From positions 1 to 41,541 of the forward strand of contig CALSCO010001424.1 in assembly GCA_943704415.1 (NCBI GenBank): a stretch of DNA of 41,541 nt, given 5' to 3'. Within the stretch, counting starts at the first letter, position 1. The number at the start of each line of letters is the position of its first letter. This document shows, in pieces, positions 33,649 to 41,541 of this stretch. The notes beneath the pieces were generated by a model. It was not told the origin of the DNA. It searched no databases and worked only from the letters and a program-made list of their open reading frames with translations. Made by a program: the position numbers and the translations under genes. Source of the DNA: Parvularia atlantis. Lineage: Eukaryota.

Positions 33649-35454
33649 TCACGCGGTGAGCGCACTGCGCATGACCGTCAGCCAGCCCTGTGCCTTGGCC
33701 GGGTTCGTGAAGGCGTCTGGGCGCATGTTCCTGCATCCGGCCCAGGCGACGTCAGAAGCGTGCATTGCTAGTGTGCGGGACGCACCACTCCTGCCCGTCC
33801 TCGCTCTTCGCAAAGTACAACGGCGTGTGCTTGAGCGTGCCCTTCTCGACCTCCTCGAGGTACTTGCGCTGCACGCGGGCGACGGCGGCGTGTGAGCTCA
33901 CGCGCGGCAGCGGTGCGTGCAGTCGAGCGCACCTGCATCGCCTCGATCTGGTTCTTGGCCTTGTCGGCATCCTTGAAGTTCTTGTTGGTGATGTGCTTCC
34001 ACACCTCCTCCCACACGCTGCGTGCGCGCGCAGGTGAGCAGCAGGCGTCACGCACGCTCGGGCAACGCACGCGGTTGCGAGCATGTCGCCAGCCTCGTCG
34101 CGCGTCGACGCCTTGTACGGCACGGTCGCAATGTTGGAGTCAAACAGGACCGACTCCTCCTGCGCAAGGGCGTGAGCACGGCCGGGCGCAGGCAGCGCGC
34201 CGCACCTTGGTAGCGGCGTGGGTGATGTACACGACGTCGTCCCAGTAGCCCTTGATCGTGTGCGTCTGGTCGCCCTTGGGTGTCTGCACAAAGCCCTCGA
34301 CCTTGCGGTACTTGCCGAAGAACCACGGCTTGGGCTTGAAATAGATCTCGCACAGGAAGCCCGTCTTGGGGCAGTTGATGACCATCGTGCCGTTGTAGTC
34401 GATGAAAGACTTGCCCCAGAGGATGCCGCGGAGGTACCACGTCTGCGCGCGCGCACGCGCGTTGGTGCGCTGCGGTCGCGAAGAGCGGTCGCGCGGCGTA
34501 CCGGCATCGTCACAAGGTACTGCTCGTCGTGCTCGCCGACGGTGAGGACAAACGGCGTCTTCTGCATCTTCATCTTGAGCGCTGCCGCGCCAAAGGGGTG
34601 AGCACGGCCCGCGGCACCGCAGCCGGCGCGCACCGACGCCCGTGAAGGAGCCCTCGGGCGACATGATCGCCTGGTAGCGTAGCTTGCGCGCCGTGTTCTC
34701 GTAGCTGAACGCACCGATGGGCGGGTGGTGCTCGAGCTGCTCCGCGACGAACCGGATGGCTGTCGGCGCCACGTCAGCCGAGCGCACGCGGGAGACCGGC
34801 GGCCGCGCGCACTCTCCGCGTCCGAGCTCGCCGGGTACACGCCCGAGTAGGTCTCGCCAATGACCGGGTTGAAAGGCTTCTTGCGCGAGAGCTGGGCGGG
34901 CGCGGTGTGAGCGGGACGGGCGAAGCGCAGCGCGCTCACCTTGTCGTTCTGGGTCATCGACAGCATGAGGCGCGCGACGGCGATCATGCGGGCCTCGGGC
35001 GACTTTTCGTCGGCGATCCTGCAGCGCGCAGCGGTGAGCGGTATGCGCGCGCGCGCACGGGCGGGCCACGCGCACTGGTTGAAGAGCGCCGGCTGGGTGA
35101 GCGCGACGAAGCGCATCACGGTCGAGTCCGTGTCGTGGATGAAGGCGGGCGCGCTGAAGCGCCTGCGATCGCGCGCGCACAACGCCGTGTCAGCCGCGTC
35201 GCTCCCGCGTCACCGTTGTGGGGCCGCGCACATGGCGTCGAGGTCCTTCACGCCGACCATCGACCGCACGAGCTTGCTCATCTCGGTCAGCTGGCCCGCG
35301 TCTAGGTCCATCTTGGCCTTGTCGCCGAGGTCGTCCTTGGCCTCGCCGGGCGGGGCGTCTGGCGGCGGCGCGCGCGCGTGTCAGCCGAGCACGCCCCGGC
35401 ACGGCGAACAGCCGCGCCTCCACCGTCGACCTCGGGTTCACGCGCGAGCGGCAT
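33649..35454 (-). CDS. Oxysterol-binding-protein-related protein (ORD-only, Osh4/Osh6-like)
   Basis: KKPFNPVIGETY, FVAEQLEHHPPI (OSBP signature), LRGILWG, IKGYWD, ADKAKNQIEAMQ|R. A final GTGCG...CAG intron gives the end EW|NMRPDAF...SALTA TGA. Confidence 0.9.
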
Positions 35455-35550
35455 TACACGTGGAGCCGATCGGCGAACAGAACAGATGATCGCGGTCACG
35501 CTACTCGGCCCGGCTAAACCCGGCTAAACCAAATTACCCCGCACGACCCC

Positions 35551-38500
35551 ATGACGCTCGCGGCGGCGCGCGCGCGCGAGGGCCGCGTGCTCGAGTGCCC
35601 CGTCTGCGACGACGAGTTCCGCGGCGGCACGGCGCGCCTGCTGCCGTGCCTGCACACCGTCTGCCGCCTGTGCGAGCGCGACCTGCTCGAGCACGGCCCG
35701 CGCGGCGTCTGCCCTGTCTGCCGCGAGCCCTTTGCCGACGGCGACGTGCTGCCCAGCTACCTCGTCGAGGCCGCGCTGGCGGCGCGCGCGGCCGGCCAGG
35801 ACGACGACGGCGGTGCGGACGGCGCGGGTGGCGCGGGCAGCAGCGGCGCGACGGCGCCGGGCGGCAGCAGCGGCAGCAGCGGCATCAGCGTCGCCCGCCC
35901 AGTTCCCGGCACACGCCCGCCCGACGCCGAGGCCTCGGCCGACTCGGTCGCGGCGTCGTCACCGTACTACACCTTTGGCGGGCCGCCGAGCCCGCCGGCC
36001 GCGGGCGCCGCCGTCGCGTCGGCGTCGTCGGCGTCATGGCGCATGCGTCTGCACCAATGGCCCGCGCCCCTCCCCACCGCCGTCTGCGCTGAGCACCCGC
36101 GCCTGACCGTGACGATGTACTGCGAGCAGTGCGAGCGCGCGGTCTGCCCGCAGTGCTTCGCGGGCGGCTCGGTGGCGGCGCACAAGGGCCACCCGCTGCT
36201 CGAGCTGGACGCGGCCGCCGCCGTGCTGGCCAAGGCGCTCGAGGGCGAGGCGGACGTGCTCGCGGCGCTGCTGCAGCGCCTCGCGGCCGCGATCGCAGCG
36301 CTCGACTTGTGCGTGGCCGATGTACGTCAGCGCGAGCGCGACCTGCGCGAGGAGGTCACCGAGGCCTACGAGGACGTTGCCGCGAAGCTGCGCACGCACA
36401 TCGACGACGTGCAGCAGCGCCTCCTGAGCGAGCAGGACGACGAGCCCGGCTCGCCCGACGCGGCGTCGTCGAGCGCGGGCACGGGCGGTACCAGCCAAGC
36501 GCGGCTGCCGGCCCTGCTCAGCGGGCTGCAGCGCCTGCTGTCGTCACTCTTTAGCTTTGCGTCGCCCTCGTCCAGCACCACTGCCGCGCCCGCAACGCCG
36601 GGCCCTGCCGCGGCGAGTAGCGTGGCCGCGACCGCGCAGGCCATCGCCGCCGTGGGCCGCCGTCTCACTGGCATGCAGCCCCCGCAACAGCCGCAGCAAC
36701 AACAGCAGCAGCAGCCGCACCAGCAGCAGGCGGGCCCCGCGCAGGCCGCGCAGATGCCGCTGCCACCGCTGCCGGGTCGCGGCCTGACGCGGCCAGACAG
36801 CCGCAACGACCTGCGCCGGTACGGCGGGGCCGGGCGCATGTTTAGCGACAGCGACTCGGAGCGCAACAGCGCGGACCAGCTGAGCGTTCTCAGCCGGCAC
36901 CAGATCTTTGGCGGCGGCGAGGACTTTCGTGCTGACGCGGGCGTGGGCGACACGCCGCGCGACAGCGGCTCGGAGGTCGACGACGAGGCGTCTGTCAACG
37001 GCGACGGCGACAGCACGGCGAGCAACGACGGCGACGACGACGCGGGCCCGACGATGCGCAGCGGGCGGCGGCGCGTGCCTGTGGCATGGGCGAGCGTGGG
37101 CACGGCAACACGACCGGGGGCAGCCACGAGCAGCAGAGGCGGCGGGTATGACGGGAAGGCGCGGTCGGCGTCGCTCGACCTGTCGCGGCCGCGGACGCGC
37201 AGCCGCGCTGAGTCGATCAGCACGGTGCTGAGCGAGCTGCAGCGGCGCGTGTACCAGCTGGGCGGGCGGCGTGACGCGGTGCTGGCGGACGCGCACACGG
37301 CGCTGGACGCCGACATCAAGACGCTCGTGCTGCAGCGCGACGAGCTCGAGCTGTGCCGCGACAAGATGGCCAACGCGCTCGAGCAGGCACGTCGACTGCT
37401 CGACTGCTCGTACCCGGTCTCGCACGGGGCGCGGATCGCGGCGCGCAAGGTCGCGCTCACGTTCATCCGGCGCATGGCGCGCGCGTACCCACTCGAAACG
37501 CCGCTCGTGCTCGACAACCTGCGCTTCTGTCGCCCGCCGCCGTTTTCCGCGACCGACTCGCTGCGCGTGCCGCTGCAGCGCATGGGCAAGCTGTACCGCG
37601 AGCGCGACTTTGCGGCGATCGATGCGCCTGTGGCCGTGATCGACCTGCGCGCGGCGGGGCTGACGCGGCCGGGCGGCGTCGCGGTTACGCTCGCGGGCGA
37701 CTTGCTCGTGGTGACAGGCCAGCGCGACCTCGTGGACGAGGACGGGCAGCACACGGACGGCGGCGGGTGCGCGGTGGCGGTGGACCTCGAGGGCCGGCGC
37801 ACGCACATGTTTGAGGGCCTGACGCGGCCGGCCGGCGTGGACATCTTGCTGAGCGGGGAGATCTGCGTGGCCGACCGCGAGACGAGCACACTGCGCGTCT
37901 ACGCGTTGGCCAAGCGCGCGCCAAACGGGGCCGAGGCCGCGCCCGTGACCGCGCCCGTGCGCACGATCGCGTGCCAGAGCCCCGTCGGCGTAGCGAGTGT
38001 CGTGACGGGCGAGATCGTGGCGACGCTCTCGGACGCGCACGTGCAGCTGTTCAGCGCCGACGGCCGCGAGCGGTGGACGTCGTCGGTGCGTGCGCCCCCT
38101 TGCGCGCGTGCCTCTGCTGACATGTGCGGCAGGGCGACGGCTCCGAGCACGTCTTCTACGGCACGCACATCGGCGGCGTCGCCTACTCACCCGCGACCGG
38201 CGAGCTCGTGATGGCTGACGCGGCCAACTCACGGCTCAAGGTGCTCTCGGCCGCGACGGGCTCGTTCATCCGCTACATCGCGCCGGGCCAGCTCGACTGG
38301 CCGATTGGGGTCGCGTGCACGCCGAGGTGCGCGCCGGCCGCGCTGGCGGGCGTGCAAGCGGGTGACTGACGCGGGCGCGGCGCCGGCAGCGGGCACGTCG
38401 TCGTGAGCGAGACGTTCGGCAGCCGCGTGTCGGTATGGACGATGCGGGGCGAGCGCGTCGCGTTTTGGGGCACAAAGGGCGACCAGCCGGGCCAGTTCAA

Positions 38501-38582
38501 CCGGCCGCTGGGCGTGGACGTACTGCCGGACGGGCGGATCGTCGTGGTCGACCACGTCAACGATAGGTTGCAGCTGTTTTGA
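35551..38582 (+). CDS. RING + B-box2 + coiled-coil + NHL-repeat protein (TRIM-NHL-like), 3 exons
   Basis: RING CPVC..LPCLHTVCRLC..CPVCR; B-box CAEH..YCEQCERAVCPQC..HKGH; coiled coils; NHL repeats (LTRPGGVAV, LDWPIGVA, GQFNRPLGVDV..DGRIVVVDHVNDRLQLF). TGA at 38580-38582. Confidence 0.9.
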
Positions 38583-39765
38583 GTCATGTGCGCTCTAGAA
38601 AGGGCTGTCGTGAAACGAGCATGGCGTGACAATGCGATCGGCGATCGCTGGCCACGATTGGCGCACACATTGTTTTCCCCGCTTCTTGCCGCGGATCGGC
38701 CGCGTGGCGCGTGGCGCGCTCTCAGCTGACCTTTCACACTTTCTTTGCGCGTCTCTCTCCCTGCGGCGCGTTGCCGCGTGGCGTGCGTGCTGCGGTTTGG
38801 CGTGTCCGCGGGCAGCGGCGCGGGCGGTCGGCGCAAAAAAAACCCGACGGCGGGCGGAAGTTCCGGCGGCAGTTTTCTTTCGCTTCCGTTTGTTCTGCCG
38901 CACACCCGCGCTCTCGTGCACGCGCTCGCGAGATCTGCCAGCACGGACGCGGTGTGCGCGCGCAGATCTCCCGCCTCGCTGACAGTCCACCCGCCGCGCG
39001 GGTTCTGGACCGGAGTGTTCCCGGCGGTCCAGGCCGCTGCAGTGCTGCCGCACTTTCTCTTTCCAGCCTCCGCGCTGCCCGCTTTTGCCGCGCGCGCACG
39101 CGCCGTGGCTGGCCCGCGCGCACACGTGCGGACAGCCCCCCGTTCTGTCCCGCGGGCCGCGCGCCGGGCTGTGATCTCTGCGGGCGGGTTGGGTGATTTC
39201 CGTCTGCGGTCGCCGCCGCGCCCTCAAAAGGGGCCCCGCGCGCCGGCGGCTGATCTTGTTGCTTTTCGGCTCTCTCTGTGCCTCTGCCGCCTTCGGCCCT
39301 CTGAGCCAGCTGCGGGGCCGCTGGTGGCCGCGCGGGTCTTGGGCTGATGCCGTTCGCGCGGCCGCCATGCCGTTCGCTCGCGACCGGGCGCCTGCCGGCT
39401 GCGCACCTGCTGCGGATCTGCCGCGGATCTGCGCCGCCGCGGGTCCCGCCCGGCGCGGCGCCGGCCGCGGATCACCCCGCGGCCGTACGCTGACGCGGGG
39501 TCACGTCTCGCCTCTTGTCTTGTCTCGCCTCTTTTTTTTTTTTTCGCCGTCGCCTGTGTCATGCACCAGGCCGGTCGAGGACACATCGCCGCTACGTCAC
39601 AGCCGGCGCGGTGGGGCGGGGTGACCGGGCCGTGGACGGGCGTGGACGGGCGTGGGCCGCGCGTGACGTGGCGGGGTGGAGCGCGTGGCGCCGTTTTTTG
39701 CCGTGTCGCCAATCGCTGACATTCGCTGCCGCAGCCGCTCGCCAGCGCAGCCCACCGCCGACAAC
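38583..39765 (+). promoter_or_regulatory. Unusually long (1.2 kb) non-coding region upstream of the GATA gene
   Basis: About ten times other intergenic gaps. Pyrimidine tracts, many GATC words, CCAAT boxes (~38656 reverse, ~39709), CGGAAGT (~38855), CACGTG (~39123), TGACGTGG (~39664). No convincing coding frame. Confidence 0.6.
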
Positions 39766-41508
39766 ATGAGCCCCTACGTCGACGACCATCGCACACACGA
39801 CATGGACACCGTTGTCGTCGTATCCGACCACGCCGCGCACGCCGGGAAGAGCAGGCGCAAGGCCCTCCTGCCCCTCCGCTCGCCGCGTCACAAGACCGTC
39901 ACGGGCGACGCGCCCGGCATCGTCTTCCAGGTGCGTGGCGGACGGGACGCAGTGGCTGCGGGCGCGGCGTGGCGCGGCGTGGCGCATCGGGGCCGGCGCT
40001 GCGCGGATTGCACAGATCGCGATCGGCCATCGTGATCGGCCTGGGGTCGCCGATCCAGATCGCGACGGCGGTATCTGACGCTGGCCGCGCAGTTTGCCTC
40101 GCCTGAGGCCGTCAAGGACAACAAAGACGACGCGCTGCCTCAGTGCAACATCATCCACTACCCGCAGCCGCACCACCACGCCAAGGCCGACGAGCCCAAG
40201 GCCGTCGCCGCCGCACCCGTCGCCTCGCCCGCGGCCGCCACTGCCCCCGCCGCCACCACCGCCGAGCGTACAGACAGCTCTGAATCGACGCGCAGCACCT
40301 CGCCCACGACGGCCGCGCTGCAGCAGGATGTAACGGCTACGCTCGTAGCCCTACAGAACGCCTACGTTGCGCCCGCGACCCTGCCCGAGCCGCAGCAGCA
40401 CTCGCCGCGGCAGCAGTACGCGCATCAGCAGGCGCAGTACGCCCACGCCGCCGCGCCGCACTACCAGCCGATCCAGCCAGCCGTGCTCCCGCTTCAGTAT
40501 CAGCAGTTATTCGCGGCGCAGGCGCAGCAACAGCAGCAGCAGCAGCGGGCGCACGAGCAGCCGCGTGCCCAGCAGCAGCATCAGCAGCAGCAGCACGAGT
40601 CGATGTTCTACAACTTCAAGCTGAGCGCGCCGTTCCCGGGCCAGCCGCAGCAGCAGCAGCAGCAGCAGCCCAACGCCTACGCCTATAGCCTGCTCTCGCT
40701 GCGCAACGACCAGCCGGGCTACTACCCGACTGGCGCGGTGATGCCGCAGCAGATGGCGTTCTACGGCCTCGCGCCGATGCAGCCCATGCCGACCCTCCCG
40801 CCCGGCTTCTCGCACTACAGCGGCGCCAACGACGCGACCAGCAAGGACGCAGCCAGCATGTCGCCGCAGGACCACGAGCAGTGGTCGTCCGAGTCGGACG
40901 ACGAGGCCGCGGCGGTCGTACCCGGCCACTCGGCCGCGTCGTCGTCGTCGTCGTCGTCGCGGCGCGCCTACGACGCGTCCGACTTTATCTACGGCCACCG
41001 GTTTGTCCCGTCGCGGCCGCGCGGCGACCGCGAGCGCACACGCGAGCGCCTGCCCCTGCCCAAGCTGCCGCGGCAGCCGCGCATGGAGCCGTACGAGAAG
41101 CGTGCGTGGCCCGCGGCAGTGTCGCTCGTGATTGTGCTGACGCCGCTCGCGCGCCCCGCAGCCGAGCCCCAGGGCAAGCAAAACAGCATGGGCGGCAAGA
41201 AGCGCTGCTTCTCATGCGGCACCAACAAGACACCGTACTGGCGTGATGGCTGGGACGGCGTGGCGCTGTGCAACGCGTGCGGCATCCGCTACGTGGTGCG
41301 TTTTTGCGTCGCCTCGCTTTGCTGTTGTGTGGTGCTCACCCGGCCGCCCGCCGTCCTGCAGAAGTACCGCACCAAGTGCAACAACTGCCTGTATATTCCG
41401 CGCAAGGACGAGAAGCACCTGCTCAACTGCGTGCACTGCAACGCGCCCATGCCCGTCGTCGCCTCGCCGCCCGCGGGCCCCGGCACCCACGCCGTCTCGA
41501 CGGCATGA
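39766..41508 (+). CDS. GATA-type zinc-finger transcription factor, ZGLP1/Ash1-like; Q-rich middle; 4 exons
   Basis: CFSCGTNKTPYWRDGWDGVALCNACGIRYV|KYRTKCNNCLYIPRKDEKHLLNCVHC. ATG at 39766, intron 1 at 39931-40092, TGA at 41506-41508. Confidence 0.88.
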
Positions 41509-41541
41509 CCGCTGTCCCGCTCACCCACCCATGCAACCCCC

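Noticed and set aside
33752..33790. OSBP stop at 33752 as given by the ORF track
   Set aside because: That TGA is the CTGAC branch site of a typical intron; splicing extends the protein to 33649.
1..41541. Hundreds of long Arg/Ala/Pro-rich six-frame ORFs, including antisense ORFs such as 32287-33771, 36366-37889 and 36544-38232
   Set aside because: These are shadow frames caused by high GC and scarce stops. Real proteins appear only after splicing, and the shadows carry no recognisable motifs.
1..41541. Alternative genetic code or stop-codon recoding
   Set aside because: TAA, TAG and TGA each end genes at the expected positions, and the apparent internal stops I traced fall in introns (often the CTGAC branch site).
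1..41541. Prokaryotic origin, CRISPR arrays, transposons, rRNA or tRNA genes
   Set aside because: Spliceosomal introns occur throughout. I saw no repeat-spacer array, transposase/RT motif or cloverleaf. The only rRNA-like 12-mer is the snoRNA guide.

Overview
Eukaryotic nuclear DNA, very GC-rich and extremely intron-dense. Introns are mostly ~45-70 nt, with GTGCG-type donors, CTGAC/CTCAC branch points, YAG acceptors and frequent GC donors. The standard genetic code is used. Gene content suggests a unicellular opisthokont or close amorphean relative (inference). Manual splicing gives 17 apparently complete genes, one 3' partial gene and one orphan exon, usually only 28-130 bp apart. In order: TM protein C-terminus, ABHD17-like hydrolase, GNAT, PTS2-bearing GMC oxidoreductase, hypothetical protein, QCR7 (hosting a U24/snR24-like C/D snoRNA), DECR2, DDB1, metallothionein-like/GST fusion, degenerate HS6ST/plant-TPST-like sulfotransferase, MCMBP, LMAN1, isolated first exon of phosphatidylinositol synthase, WDR33, CH-SH3-DH-PH-PX RhoGEF, prokaryote-like amidohydrolase, OSBP-related protein, RING-Bbox-CC-NHL (TRIM-NHL-like) protein and a ZGLP1/Ash1-type GATA factor with GATC clusters in its own intron and upstream region. 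The most notable items are the MT-GST fusion, the snoRNA with one rewired guide in an unusual host, the orphan PIS exon, the ultra-compact gene packing, and the pseudo-sulfotransferase. Spans are ATG-to-stop including introns and were read by eye. Family assignments come from recalled motifs, not database searches.
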